The notes: a model not told the origin generated them from the sequence alone. A stretch of DNA of 64,000 bases from Opitutales bacterium (GCA_022565335.1 JAIUMY010000001.1:87856-151855), one strand, 5' to 3'. Counted from the first letter of the stretch, positions 10,301 to 20,422 are shown. Numbers and translations are program-made.

Positions 10301-13300
10301 TCCAATACGCCTTCCGCATCCCACGGTGATCCAGGATTTCAATCAACGCCCGTCCCTCGGAATAGCCCGTTCCCCAGAAAACACGTAACTCCTCCCCTAC
10401 CCGGACCCGCCCGCGTTCGGTTTCGAAATAACTCGGCAAGGGCACCGCAAACGTTTCCGCCTGACGATCCGGAACCACAAAATCAATTTGATGCTCCACC
10501 GCCTCCCCGTAACGATCAACCGCTTCCAGGATCGCCCGATAGGCCCCGGCCGCTAAAGTCATCTCTTCCTCAAAAAGACCTGTTCCCGCCGTTTCGAAGG
10601 AAAACCTTTGCACCACCTCCCCCGCTTCCCAGTCCGCCAACAGGCGACCAATCGCTGAATCGTCTCCCTGCTGGGCGAAAAGATCCTTCCGCTCGACAAC
10701 CTCCGGCCCCTGCAAGGCAAACACCTTGACCACCCCTTCCGCCGAAACGGGACTCGACGCGTGATCGGTCGTTTGGATCTGCAAGGGGAAGGGCTCCCCT
10801 GCCTCTACCCAGCCCTCGATGGGCAGAAAAACACGAGCCTCGATGGCATGATAGGCCAACCGGACGGTTTTTGTTTGCGAGCGGGTTTCGCCGCGGCCGT
10901 CGGTCACTGAAACTTCGATACGATAGGAGAAAATCGGGTTATCCTCAGGCGAAATAGCCGGATCGGGCCGGGCCTCAAAGGAGAGGTCAAAGCTCCCATC
11001 CGCGCGGGTTTCTCCGGTTCCGTTGGCGATCACCTGGGAACGGCTCTGCGGCATCGAACGACCCCGAAAAGACCACCGCCAGGGCGAAAAATGCATCTCC
11101 CGCACCACCTGCCACTCCACCGCACCCCGGCCCACCGCCGCACCGGTATAGGCCCGTGCCTCGCCGGTTATTTCAACGATTTCGCCCAGACGCGGTTGTC
11201 CTTCCGGCGGATCCATCGTCACGCGAAACTGCGGGCGCTTATACTCCTCCACCGAAACCGCTGCCGAGCCCTGAAACCGCCCTTCCAAAGAAAGCGAGAC
11301 ATTCCCCGTCAATCCCTCCCGAGGCGCCACAAAGGCTCCGGCAAAGGAGCCAAAGTCATTCGTTCGCACCGTCTTTCGGGACACCTCCTGCCGATTCGCA
11401 TCGCGCAGTACCACAGTGTACTCCTCATTATCCAGCAGTCGGTAACGCTCACCCCGCCGATCCTGCCAATGCACGATTCCCTTAAAATAAATAGTTTGCC
11501 CTGGGCGATACAAAGAGCGGTCGGTAAAGAAACGTACTACCCGCCGCGGTCCGATACCGTCATGAAATCTCCATACGCTCCAACTTTCCGGCAGAAACAA
11601 AAAGTCCTCGTTGAACTCCGTACTCCAGAAATACCGTCCTCTGGGCAAAGGACTGAAGGAAAACAAACCATCCTCATCACTCCTCCCCTCCTTCACCGTT
11701 TGGCCCCCACCTTCAAGGTTCGTGGCTTGCCAATGAGCCCCCGCAACCGGTTCTCCGGAGTAGGCATCAACCACCAATCCGCCATGAGTTTCCCCTCCAA
11801 ACGCATTCCGGATTATCATTCCCAATTCCGAAACCTGCACGGGCGTTACATAGAGGGGGTTGAAAACGTCCCTCGACGCTAAGGAAAAGTCTTCCTGGGC
11901 CGCCGCCAATAGTAGATAAAACCCCTTATCCAAATCCTTGCCAGCGGTGCTCTGGTAGGTTTTTTCCTGAAAATCCTCCGTCATCGGCAAATCCCAGGCC
12001 CAGGTTTTGATCGGGTTCATCGCCAAAAGGCGTTCACGTCCCAGCGAGCCTTCCCGTAAATGATCCCCGTACCGGACGCCGGGTATGGCCCGGAAAAACG
12101 AACCCTGCCAGGTGAGGTAATCTTCCCACGAAAAGGGAATCAAACGGAAATGAACCTTCTCCAGATTCCGATACGTGACCCGCAATTCATTCTCCAAACG
12201 AGGATTCCACGGAAACTCGGTCTGCACCCGTAAAGACGGTCTTTCGATTTGGATAATTATGCGCTCTCCCCTGCTCTTCACGGCGGTGTCCGCGAACTGG
12301 TCCAAAATCTTTTGCCCCAGTTCACGGGCCCGCACCAAATCTTCTTCCTCCGCCCGATACCATTCCGCCAAATCATACCAGGCCCAGGCGGTTATCTCCC
12401 GATCCTCCCCCGCCTCCGCCAGGCGCTCCAAAGCCGCCGCATACCGCTCCCCCTTGCGCTCCCCGGAGGCCTGATTCCAGCCAAAACGAATCCGCAGCAA
12501 GTCCATATCGGCCAAGGCGGCCATATGACCACGTTCCTGGTGAAACCGCATTCCCTCCTGCAACAAAACCACCGCCCGCACCAAGGGATCCCCGGGCCTC
12601 CCGTCTTCCATCTCCCACGCCAAAAAATCCTCCCGGGTTCCGAAGATCGGATCTTCGGCATCGATACGAAACGTCTCCGCATGCAAGAGCCCGCCCTGTT
12701 CCCCCATCTGATAAAACTCCAGCGCAGTCCGCACGACGAGATCATACCAAGTGGGGGTATAATCGGCCGCCACCGTACCCTTGTGCATAAAATCAAGCTC
12801 CCAAAGCGATTCGGTCTCATGCTCCGCCAGGATCTCCCGATCCCCCAGCACCTCTTGCCAGCGCTGATCGATCTCCCGCAACATCCGGGGCAAGCTCCAG
12901 GTCTCCGGCCCCTCCCCCTCGGCTTCCCCGGCATCGGTTCGCTGCTGAAAACGCCATCGGTTTTGCTGAAAATAATTCTGCCACTGGGTCACCGCCACCA
13001 CTTTGCCAATGGCCTGCCACTCGGGCGGATATGCCTCCACCGCCTCCCGAATCTCCTGTTCCATAACCAGCGGATTACCCTCACGCTGATGCTGCAAATG
13101 GACCCTCCGCAAAAGGGCCTCCATGGCCCGTCCATACTCTCCCTCGGCCACCGCCGCCTCCTCAGCCTTGCGAAATTCCGCCATCGCCGTTTGCGGCAAA
13201 GCCTCGGACAACGCCTCCTGCGCCGCCTCCCAGGGCGAGACCGGGTTATCGGCACAAGCCGTTACCAACATCAAGAGGAGACAGAAAAAACTTCCGAAAA

Positions 13301-13319
13301 ACAAACGAAGCGGGGTCAT
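7332..13319 (-). CDS. Alpha-2-macroglobulin family lipoprotein (MG2 domain), 1995 aa
   Basis: Lipobox LVTAC. Motifs FFTDRSLYRPGQT, VEEYKRPQF, LRRNLEETAFF, FTMPEALTEWRF, WPWFPGG, W.TTRETADA and FNSHS. The thioester CxEQ position reads SADV. Confidence 0.92.
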   Translation of the reverse strand: MTPLRLFFGSFFCLLLMLVTACADNPVSPWEAAQEALSEALPQTAMAEFRKAEEAAVAEGEYGRAMEALLRRVHLQHQREGNPLVMEQEIREAVEAYPPEWQAIGKVVAVTQWQNYFQQNRWRFQQRTDAGEAEGEGPETWSLPRMLREIDQRWQEVLGDREILAEHETESLWELDFMHKGTVAADYTPTWYDLVVRTALEFYQMGEQGGLLHAETFRIDAEDPIFGTREDFLAWEMEDGRPGDPLVRAVVLLQEGMRFHQERGHMAALADMDLLRIRFGWNQASGERKGERYAAALERLAEAGEDREITAWAWYDLAEWYRAEEEDLVRARELGQKILDQFADTAVKSRGERIIIQIERPSLRVQTEFPWNPRLENELRVTYRNLEKVHFRLIPFSWEDYLTWQGSFFRAIPGVRYGDHLREGSLGRERLLAMNPIKTWAWDLPMTEDFQEKTYQSTAGKDLDKGFYLLLAAAQEDFSLASRDVFNPLYVTPVQVSELGMIIRNAFGGETHGGLVVDAYSGEPVAGAHWQATNLEGGGQTVKEGRSDEDGLFSFSPLPRGRYFWSTEFNEDFLFLPESWSVWRFHDGIGPRRVVRFFTDRSLYRPGQTIYFKGIVHWQDRRGERYRLLDNEEYTVVLRDANRQEVSRKTVRTNDFGSFAGAFVAPREGLTGNVSLSLEGRFQGSAAVSVEEYKRPQFRVTMDPPEGQPRLGEIVEITGEARAYTGAAVGRGAVEWQVVREMHFSPWRWSFRGRSMPQSRSQVIANGTGETRADGSFDLSFEARPDPAISPEDNPIFSYRIEVSVTDGRGETRSQTKTVRLAYHAIEARVFLPIEGWVEAGEPFPLQIQTTDHASSPVSAEGVVKVFALQGPEVVERKDLFAQQGDDSAIGRLLADWEAGEVVQRFSFETAGTGLFEEEMTLAAGAYRAILEAVDRYGEAVEHQIDFVVPDRQAETFAVPLPSYFETERGRVRVGEELRVFWGTGYSEGRALIEILDHRGMRKAYWTDPGSTQYLLTKEITEDLRGGFLVQVTFFRENRWYQHQQQITVPWDNKELQVSWETFRSELEPGEKQRWRIRIEGPDGTETPRELVAALYDASLDQFRSHSWPQNFGVFNQYRVFSSRTAAARQMTFAQIRPDGLRLRWGDIIAWEYPALAPWLVARPHHYRMMSRGGEVDMVADAAASEVAMESAPVPQRAEGETFGATEEEGMPEVDLEVVSLRRNLEETAFFVPQLQTDEEGMVEWEFTMPEALTEWRFMAYAHDQDLRSGYLEDTVITSRELMARPLAPRFVREGDTIRFPVQVNNQSKQRVKGQVRLEFFRARDMASRDEALGNEETVQSFSIPAEESRTFFWEIELPEGEEFLVYRTVAASRRVSDGEEGYLPVLPRRILLTESLPLPLRGKGEKRFSFASLLGSGESDTLRHQGLTVQMTSQPAWLAVLSLPYLMESEHRSADVEFRRFYANQLAAHIAQTDPKVERVFRLWRAEDAEVLKSPLERNEDLRQIALEETPWLRRGQDESERRQLLGNFFQKERLAREGSRAMENLAEWQREDGLWPWFPGGRGSPQITLSIVTGFGKLQHLGVDPDLSLALKAWAPLDRNLTERYERLKDRGNLERAYLGQHEVQHLYARSFFQEKHPVGAEHREAYAFWLEKALEDWTRLNPQEMAQLALVYHRMVRHRDWRTLDRELPERILRSLREQAFEDKELGIYWSRARDLPRWFGQPVDAQVVMIEAFEEIADDQKYVDGARTWLLKQRQVQAWRTTRETADAVYALLRRGSDWLASDEVVRVRLGDKWIEPEGVEAGTGFYEKNYPAAEVRPEMGEILTSKPDEGVSWGSVHWQYWEDLDEIKAHTETPLQVEKQLLRRQIGPEGSTLVEIDGPLEVGQEVVSRLVIRVDRDMDFVHLKDRRGSGLEPVNVLSGHRSQDGLWYYESTRDTASHFYFERLPRGTHVFEYSNLVRHRGEFSSGIATLQSFYAPEFNSHSEAVRLSVE

Positions 13320-13449
13320 ATAAAAATGGGTTGAGGATTACCTGCAAAGCTACCTCGATCTTATCCCGCCCAAATCGAAAGACAATAACCGAATCCTCGC
13401 CTGCCTCTTGGTCTTGCGCCTGGATCTATCGTAGCCTATTCTCGTACTC

Positions 13450-14706
13450 GTGCACAACCCTCACTATTCCTCCCTTGGAAACCGTCTAACCGCCCCGGTT
13501 ATCACCCGTTTGATGAAACAGGCCCTCGAGAATCCAGACTTGGTTTCGCTGGCTGCGGGATTCACCGATACCCCTTCTCTACCCGTCGAAGCGGTTCAAA
13601 AAACCGCCCAAAAGCTCTTGGACGACCCCTCGAAAACCGAAGTGCTCCAATACGGGACCAATGCCGGCCGCCCCGGCCTGCGGAAAGCTTTGGCGGACCG
13701 GTTAACCCGGTCGGATCACCGAGAAGCACCATACGACGCCGAGGAGGTGCTCATCACCAACGGCTCCCAACAAGCCCTCTTTCTGGCCCTTTCCACCCTT
13801 TGCGATCCCGGGGATATCGTTCTGGTCGAATCGCCCACCTATTTCGTCTTTCTGGAGAATGCCCGGGCCCTTGGGCTGGAAGTCCGCTCTCTTCCGGACA
13901 CCGATGATCCGGAGCAACTTTTCCAGCAGACCGTAACCCTCCTTGAAGACCTTCAGGCCAAGGGAACCATGGCCCGGGTGAAAGCGGTCTATCTGGTGAG
14001 CTATTTTTCCAACCCCTCCTCCGCTTCCCGTTCGGAAGCGGAAAAGGAAGCCCTGGCCAAGGCCCTGGCCAACTGCCACTGCCATCCGCCCATTATCGAA
14101 GACGCGGCCTACCGTGACCTCTATTACCAAAAGCCCTGGCCCGCCCGCAGTATTTTGAGTTTGGAGGCCTTTGCCTCCTTTCCCTGCCTGTACCTGGGCA
14201 CCACCACCAAGCCCTTCGCCACCGGTTTGAAAATCGGCTCATTGCATTGCCCTCACCAAGAGTGGAGAGAGAAGATTCTGCATCTGAAGGGAAACGAGGA
14301 TTTTGGAACGGCGAACTTCACGCAGGCCATAGTCGAGGAAGTTTTGAGCACCGGAGCGTACGACGGGCAGGTCGAAAAACTACGCTCTCTTTATCGCAAG
14401 AAAGCCGAAATTTTGCACCAGGCCCTGATCGATGAGGGTTTGCGCCATGAAGGGTGGCGTTGGGAAGGACCCAAGGGTGGGTTATACCTTTGGCTGGAGG
14501 CCCCGTCCGGCTTTGACGCTTCTCCTGAAAGCCCCTTTTTCCAAAAAGCGGTGGACGAAGGCGTCTTATTTGTCCCCGGGTCCCTTTGTATGGCTTCCGA
14601 CCACCGGAAGCACAATACCGTACGCCTGAGCTTCGGCAGCACCTCGCCGGAAAATCTGGAAGTTGGGGCCCGTAGATTTGCCAAGGCTTGGCGCCAAATG
14701 GCATAA
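13450..14706 (+). CDS. PLP-dependent class I/II aminotransferase (LysN/ARO8/MocR-like)
   Basis: [46 protein letters not shown] (PLP Lys), GGLYLW and VRLSFG. GTG start. Confidence 0.9.
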   Translation: MHNPHYSSLGNRLTAPVITRLMKQALENPDLVSLAAGFTDTPSLPVEAVQKTAQKLLDDPSKTEVLQYGTNAGRPGLRKALADRLTRSDHREAPYDAEEVLITNGSQQALFLALSTLCDPGDIVLVESPTYFVFLENARALGLEVRSLPDTDDPEQLFQQTVTLLEDLQAKGTMARVKAVYLVSYFSNPSSASRSEAEKEALAKALANCHCHPPIIEDAAYRDLYYQKPWPARSILSLEAFASFPCLYLGTTTKPFATGLKIGSLHCPHQEWREKILHLKGNEDFGTANFTQAIVEEVLSTGAYDGQVEKLRSLYRKKAEILHQALIDEGLRHEGWRWEGPKGGLYLWLEAPSGFDASPESPFFQKAVDEGVLFVPGSLCMASDHRKHNTVRLSFGSTSPENLEVGARRFAKAWRQMA

Positions 14707-14815
14707 TTTTACTTTTTGCTTACTTGGCATTGCCTATTTTTCCTTGCTTTGGTCAAACCCAGTTCCCAAAGTTACTATTTCCCCCAGCCTCATCCCCCCT
14801 TGTATTTCCAGTGTT

Positions 14816-16528
14816 TTGACTTCACACCTCAAAAACCTCAAAAAACGTTACCGCGACCTTCAGCGACGCACACCATCACTGGAGAGCCCGGGTAGTGACG
14901 ACTATGCTTTCCTCTGTCAGGATTTGCTTTTGGAACTGGACCGCCTGCAAGAGCAGGCCCGACGCGAAAGGGATGCCAATCAAGCCAAGGGAGAGTTTCT
15001 GGCCGGCATGAGCCACGAGATCCTCACCCCCATGAATGGGATTCTGGGGATGGTGGGATTGCTCCTTGATACTCCTTTGAATACCCAACAAAAACAATTT
15101 GCCGAAACGGTAAAAAGTAGCGGGGAATCACTTTTGAAGATTCTCAACGACATTTTGGACTTTTCCAAAATCGAGGCGGACAAGCTGGAACTGGAACACA
15201 TCCCCTTTAACCCAACCCAGTTGATCGATGAACTGGCCTATACCGCTTCCTACCGTGCCCAGGAAAAAGGACTGAAGCTCTACTGTCAGGTTTCTCCCAA
15301 AACCCCCTCTCTAACCTTGGGGGATCCGGGAAGGATTTCCCAGATCATGAACAATTTTCTCAGTAATGCCCTGAAATTTACCGAGGAAGGAGAGATCGGG
15401 ATCACCCTCAAAGTGCAAAAGCAACAGGAGGAATTTGTCCGTTTGCGTTTTGAAGTGTCTGACACGGGAATAGGCATTTCGAAGGAATATCAACAATACC
15501 TGTTCGAGGATTACCACCAACTCAAGCCGGCCATTACCCGAAAATTCGGGGGGACTGGTTTAGGCTTGGCCATCTGCCGGCGTTTGGTCGAAATGATGGG
15601 GGGAGATATTGGCTTTAGCAGCAAGGAAAACAAGGGATCGACTTTCTGGTTTTCTCTTACCATGGAGACCCGCTCCTCGCTTGATCTTCCCATTGTCCCG
15701 GAGGTCTCCGAAGAGGAGGAGCTTCCTTCGCTCGATACGCAACGCCATAACGCCATCCTGGTGGCCGAAGACAATGAAATCAACCAGAAGGTCGCGTTGG
15801 GCCTTCTGGATAAAATGGGGCTCACCGGAGATATTGTGGCAAATGGTCGGGAGGTTCTTGAAGCGATGGAGAAAAACCAATACGGCTTGATATTGATGGA
15901 CATTCAGATGCCGGAGATGGACGGTCTAACCGCCACCCGAAGGATTCGCCAAAAATTCGGATCAAACAAAGACTCCCGTATTCCGATCATTGCCATGACC
16001 GCCTACGCTATGGAACGTGATCGCGAAGCTTGTCTGCAAGCCGGCATGGACGACGTATTGGTCAAACCTCTAAACCCCGAGGTGATGACGCATATTTTGC
16101 ATAAATGGCTTCCCGCTGAAAAAAACAAAGCGGAATCCAAAGACTCAAAGAAAAAACACGAAGCCCCAAAGAAAAAGGTACGAGCCGTGAAGGCGCCTGT
16201 GGAACATCCCGTTCTCGATCCGGAGCAAAGTCTTGAGAAAATGCTGGGGAATCCGGAAAAGGCAAAGGAATTAACCGGTAATATCCTCGCCCAAAGCGAA
16301 GAGAAACTCAGCCTTCTGTTGGATGCGATCAAACAGAAAAAAGTCTCTGAAGCAGGTAAAATCGCCCATAGCATCAGTGGTTTATGTGCCAATCTCGGGG
16401 CCGTTGCGCTATGCCAATTATTGTATCAATTGGAACATGACGCGAAAAAGGAAACAGCGGAACACTTCCCTTCCTATGCCAAGGAGATTCCCAAACAATG
16501 GAAGCGGCTACGGAAAGCCTTGCGCTAA
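14816..16528 (+). CDS. Cytoplasmic hybrid histidine kinase (HisKA-HATPase-REC-Hpt) without sensor or TM domain
   Basis: H-box MSHEILTP, N-box [10 protein letters not shown]1 DTGIG, G2 GGTGLGL, receiver [11 protein letters not shown] and Hpt-like [13 protein letters not shown]. Start uncertain: TTG 14816 is chosen because the ORF-track start at 14663 overlaps the upstream gene. Confidence 0.9.
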   Translation: MTSHLKNLKKRYRDLQRRTPSLESPGSDDYAFLCQDLLLELDRLQEQARRERDANQAKGEFLAGMSHEILTPMNGILGMVGLLLDTPLNTQQKQFAETVKSSGESLLKILNDILDFSKIEADKLELEHIPFNPTQLIDELAYTASYRAQEKGLKLYCQVSPKTPSLTLGDPGRISQIMNNFLSNALKFTEEGEIGITLKVQKQQEEFVRLRFEVSDTGIGISKEYQQYLFEDYHQLKPAITRKFGGTGLGLAICRRLVEMMGGDIGFSSKENKGSTFWFSLTMETRSSLDLPIVPEVSEEEELPSLDTQRHNAILVAEDNEINQKVALGLLDKMGLTGDIVANGREVLEAMEKNQYGLILMDIQMPEMDGLTATRRIRQKFGSNKDSRIPIIAMTAYAMERDREACLQAGMDDVLVKPLNPEVMTHILHKWLPAEKNKAESKDSKKKHEAPKKKVRAVKAPVEHPVLDPEQSLEKMLGNPEKAKELTGNILAQSEEKLSLLLDAIKQKKVSEAGKIAHSISGLCANLGAVALCQLLYQLEHDAKKETAEHFPSYAKEIPKQWKRLRKALR

Positions 16529-16551
16529 TCATTTTCCCGGCTTACCTGAAA

Positions 16552-17874
16552 CTACCCCCGGGAAACATCGCTTAAAACCGTTCGCAAACGACCGGGGTCG
16601 ATCGGCTTGGTCAAAAACCCGGAGAAGCCCATTGCCAAATACTTCTCTTGGTCATTGGCCACCGCAAAAGCAGTCAGGGTAACGACAGGAAGATTCTTAT
16701 TATCTTCACCGGCCTCCCCCGCCCGAATTCGCTTGGTGGCTTCAATCCCATCCATAACGGGCATATCAATATCCATCAATACGACATCAAAGGTGGTCGC
16801 ACGAACCATTTCCAAAGCACGCTTTCCGTCTTCGGCCAGAAATACCTCATGACCCATCTTCTTTAAAATCATATTCGCCACCGCCCGGTTGGTGGGATCA
16901 TCTTCAACCACTAACAAGGTCAAGGACCGGGAACCGCTGGCCAAAGGGTCACGCAACAAAGACCGCAAACGCTTGGCACCTCCTTGATCCTTCATCTTAC
17001 TGGCCTCAAGATTGGTTTCGAGAACCAATTCAATTTTGTCGCCACTCTGGTTCCAGACCATACGACCACCCCAAAGGTTTATAATTTTGTGAGCCATCGA
17101 AAGATTCAAACTCCCCAGATCAATTCTCTTTCGATCCTCCCTTTGGACGGCCTCGAAAGGGTCACGCTTCATCTCTTCCCTCCAGCGGGCATTGGCTTCG
17201 GAATCGCGGGAATAAAAGATCAAGGTAGCGGCAAACTTGTTATTATCGCCATTTTTAAAACCACCTTCCAAATAAATCAAATCAGCGGATTGGCCGGCGC
17301 GAATCGCCAACCCCACCAGATTGGCAAAAAACAGGCGCAGTAATGAAGTATCCGCCCGGACCAAATAACGGCTATTTCCACGATAATAGGTTTCCAGCGA
17401 AATTTCCTTACGTCGCAGCAGTGCCACGAAAGACTGCTGCAAGTCATCCCATACCTTGGAAAGCTCGTTCTCCCGGTTTTCGGTGGTTTCGATGCCACTC
17501 TCCAGACGGGCCTGGTTTAACAAATTATCAAGCAAAAGCAGTAAACCCTCCCCACTTTCCTGAATCTGTTCTACACATCTTTTTTGCTCCTCTGACATTT
17601 CAGTAGAAAGCAAAAACGTGGCCGTACTCAGGATTCCGTTCATAGGGGTACGAACCTCATGGCTTACGGTTCCAAAGAACAGATCCATCGCATTCTTTTG
17701 CTTCTGCAAATCGCCAATTCTTTTATCCATCAAATAAGCCTGCTTTTTCAGACGCAGGATCTCCGCGGATTGCCTTTTTCCTAAAACCTTTGCCCGAAGC
17801 CATAGAAAGAGAAACAACAGAAAAAGTACGACTCCGGTTCCCGCAAGCGCCATCCAAATTGTTTCGTCCAACAT
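16552..17874 (-). CDS. Membrane-anchored hybrid histidine-kinase-like protein with degenerate ATPase domain and C-terminal receiver
   Basis: N-terminal hydrophobic helix, intact H-box VSHEVRTPMNG, N-box altered to ANLVGLAIR with no DxGxG or GxGxG boxes, and receiver LMDIDMPVMDG. Confidence 0.8.
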   Translation of the reverse strand: MLDETIWMALAGTGVVLFLLFLFLWLRAKVLGKRQSAEILRLKKQAYLMDKRIGDLQKQKNAMDLFFGTVSHEVRTPMNGILSTATFLLSTEMSEEQKRCVEQIQESGEGLLLLLDNLLNQARLESGIETTENRENELSKVWDDLQQSFVALLRRKEISLETYYRGNSRYLVRADTSLLRLFFANLVGLAIRAGQSADLIYLEGGFKNGDNNKFAATLIFYSRDSEANARWREEMKRDPFEAVQREDRKRIDLGSLNLSMAHKIINLWGGRMVWNQSGDKIELVLETNLEASKMKDQGGAKRLRSLLRDPLASGSRSLTLLVVEDDPTNRAVANMILKKMGHEVFLAEDGKRALEMVRATTFDVVLMDIDMPVMDGIEATKRIRAGEAGEDNKNLPVVTLTAFAVANDQEKYLAMGFSGFLTKPIDPGRLRTVLSDVSRG

Positions 17875-17945
17875 ATTCTCAGCTTGATGAGTTATTCTTC
17901 TTCTGGCAAAAGAATTATCACTTGCTCCGTTCTTTTTACACCAGG

Positions 17946-19193
17946 CTACACCTGAATCTTAATTCCCCGGCGAATAAAGGTGGGAGTATCCAAATTCTCG
18001 CCCTCGAACTCATTCGAGTCCGTTTTCTCAAAATGCCCACTTTTCTCAGAAGTGAAGGGAAACTCCCGCTGGATTCCGCTCTCAGGAGAATCCGTTGACA
18101 AGATCACCTGATCATCCGCTTCCGCTAAACCAGCCGAAGACACTATCCGCCCCCCCATCGCCTGGGGGCGGGGGTTTTCTTTTTCAGGCAAGGGTCCCGG
18201 TCGACGCCCATCGACATCGGTGGCCCCCAAGACGCAAACCTCCACCATTTCCTGAAAATCCGGGCTTTGCACCGCCCCGATGGTGATCTCCGCGGACCGT
18301 CCGAATTTATGCCGAATTTCATCCGCCAAAAATTTCACATGACGGGTTTGTAAATCCGGGCCACCGACAATATGAATCAATAGACGATCCGCTTGCGCGG
18401 CAAACTCTGAGGAACGCAACAACGGACAGGCAACAAGTTTACGAAAGGCTTCCACAGCCGCATCCTCTCCTTCACCGAGGCCAAAACCAAACAAACTTTT
18501 TCCCCCCACCCGGCGAAATGTTTTTTGCAGGGTCCCCAAATCAATATTGAAGAGTCCGCGCCAATAGAGCGATCGCCAAAATGCCATCACCGTCGCCCCC
18601 ATCCAGTCGTCGGCAATCTGCAAAGTCCGCACCAGAGTTTCCTCGGGGCGGGCCTCCTGGAGGAGCAAGTCATTGGCCATGGGAAGCAGTAAGTGCGAAT
18701 ATTTGCGCAAAGCCCCGGACCCTTTTTCAGCCACTTCCCGGCGATGTTTGCCCTCACAGGTAAAAGGAAGGCTAACCAGACTGATTACCATCACGTTCAT
18801 TTGCGCCGCGAGCCGTGCGATAACCGGAGCCGCTCCACTTCCCGTACCGCCGCCCATTCCGGCAAAAAGGAATAGAATATCGACAGTCTCCAAGAGCCTT
18901 TTTAATTCGGCCAAATCGCTTTCCGCAACCTGCGCTCCCAATTGGATATCGCCACCGGTGCTAAGACCTCTGGTCGTTTCCCGTCCCAACAGGATCTGGC
19001 CTTCAACCGAACAGCCTCGCAAAGCCTGCTCATCGGTATCGGCCACCCGAAACAAAACTCCCTCCGGTTTTCTCCTCTGCAAATTGGCCACCATATTGGA
19101 GCCTCCGCCCCCCATTCCCAGAGCCAACATGGTGACTCTTTCCTGAAACGTATTTTCCAACCCCTGCAAAGGCATCTGTCCCGCATCGTTCAT
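17946..19193 (-). CDS. ftsZ: Cell division GTPase FtsZ (divergent)
   Basis: GMGGGG, GGDIQLG, tubulin signature GGGTGSG, PFTCEG..R and C-terminal LDTPTFIRRG. ATG 19193 overlaps the ftsA stop (TAATG). Confidence 0.93.
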   Translation of the reverse strand: MNDAGQMPLQGLENTFQERVTMLALGMGGGGSNMVANLQRRKPEGVLFRVADTDEQALRGCSVEGQILLGRETTRGLSTGGDIQLGAQVAESDLAELKRLLETVDILFLFAGMGGGTGSGAAPVIARLAAQMNVMVISLVSLPFTCEGKHRREVAEKGSGALRKYSHLLLPMANDLLLQEARPEETLVRTLQIADDWMGATVMAFWRSLYWRGLFNIDLGTLQKTFRRVGGKSLFGFGLGEGEDAAVEAFRKLVACPLLRSSEFAAQADRLLIHIVGGPDLQTRHVKFLADEIRHKFGRSAEITIGAVQSPDFQEMVEVCVLGATDVDGRRPGPLPEKENPRPQAMGGRIVSSAGLAEADDQVILSTDSPESGIQREFPFTSEKSGHFEKTDSNEFEGENLDTPTFIRRGIKIQV

Positions 19194-20422
19194 TACAAAT
19201 CCCTCCATCCAAAAAAATTGCCAATTTTGCTGAGAAGCCCTCCACCAGGCAGGGTTTCGCGGCCTGCACTCTCCTTCTCCCGGTCAAAACCGCGACAAAG
19301 AAGCCCCAGCATGGTGCTGAACTCCGGGCCCTTGAGTTCATCAGCGACCCAACCGGGATTCTGCCCACGACGCACTGGTACTCCCAGAACCTGATTTCCC
19401 AGCTCGGAAAGCCCGGGGAGCTTGCTGGTACCCCCGGTCACCACCACGCCGCTCGGGATGTACGTTTTGTTCAAAAACTCCGTGGTGATCGTAGTCTGCA
19501 CAATCTCAAAAATCTCCCGTACCCGGGCCTCAAGAATTTGCGCGATCGCCAATTGACGCAAAGAACGCTCTCCGATGGCCGCTCCGCCTCCTTCTAAATA
19601 AACTGTGGTTTGCTTGTCATCGGCCGTCGGAAGCGCTTTCCCGTGTTCGATTTTGACCCGCTCTGCTTCTCTTCGTGAGAGGCTTAGCCCATGACTCAAA
19701 TCATTGGTTAAATGGTCGCCGCCAACGGGAATCGCCCCCGCTCTCACCACATAGTTGTCCTTGTAAAGAGCATAGTCGGTGGTTCCACTGCCAATGTCCA
19801 AAACCAAGACCCCACGTTGCTGCTCTTCTTTCTTGGTAACCATTTGCCCCGAAGCGATGGAGGATAAAATCAGTTCCTCAACCCCGAGGTTCATACCATT
19901 GAGTAAACGAATGCTATCGGAAACACGGCGGCCGTCCCCGTGCACTTTCCACACCCCGACCTCCAATTCATTCCCCGTCATATCAATTGGTTGAGTCACT
20001 TGCCTTCCGTCCAGCCGGTAAGGGCCGCGAAGAGACTGAACTACGATTCTATGTTTGCCGACTTCCTTGGCTTTGGCATTCTCCTCAACCCGTTCCAAAT
20101 CTTTTTTGGAAACCACCCCATCAGGGGAACTAACGGAAATTTTGGCCTCGTTATAAGAGCCGTCCAAATGATCCCCGGTGTAGGCCAGATAGACTCCTTC
20201 GATGCTCGTCTCCGCCATCTTCTCGGCCGCGCAAACCGCTTCCTGAAGGGCATCATTCACCGAACGATACTCGTAAACGGTTCCTTTCAGTACCCCGCGG
20301 GAAGCCACTTGCCCGAACCCGATCAAATTCAAATTCTTCCCACTCGCCGTTTCTCCGATAAGGACCGACACCTTGGCCGTGCCGATCTCGATTCCTCCGA
20401 TTACCCGTGATTTGGACATCAT
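19193..20422 (-). CDS. ftsA: Cell division protein FtsA
   Basis: IEIGTAKV, VLDIGSGTTD, GGDHLTNDL, AERVK and VVTGGTSKLPG; lies between ftsQ and ftsZ. Confidence 0.95.
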   Translation of the reverse strand: MMSKSRVIGGIEIGTAKVSVLIGETASGKNLNLIGFGQVASRGVLKGTVYEYRSVNDALQEAVCAAEKMAETSIEGVYLAYTGDHLDGSYNEAKISVSSPDGVVSKKDLERVEENAKAKEVGKHRIVVQSLRGPYRLDGRQVTQPIDMTGNELEVGVWKVHGDGRRVSDSIRLLNGMNLGVEELILSSIASGQMVTKKEEQQRGVLVLDIGSGTTDYALYKDNYVVRAGAIPVGGDHLTNDLSHGLSLSRREAERVKIEHGKALPTADDKQTTVYLEGGGAAIGERSLRQLAIAQILEARVREIFEIVQTTITTEFLNKTYIPSGVVVTGGTSKLPGLSELGNQVLGVPVRRGQNPGWVADELKGPEFSTMLGLLCRGFDREKESAGRETLPGGGLLSKIGNFFGWRDL

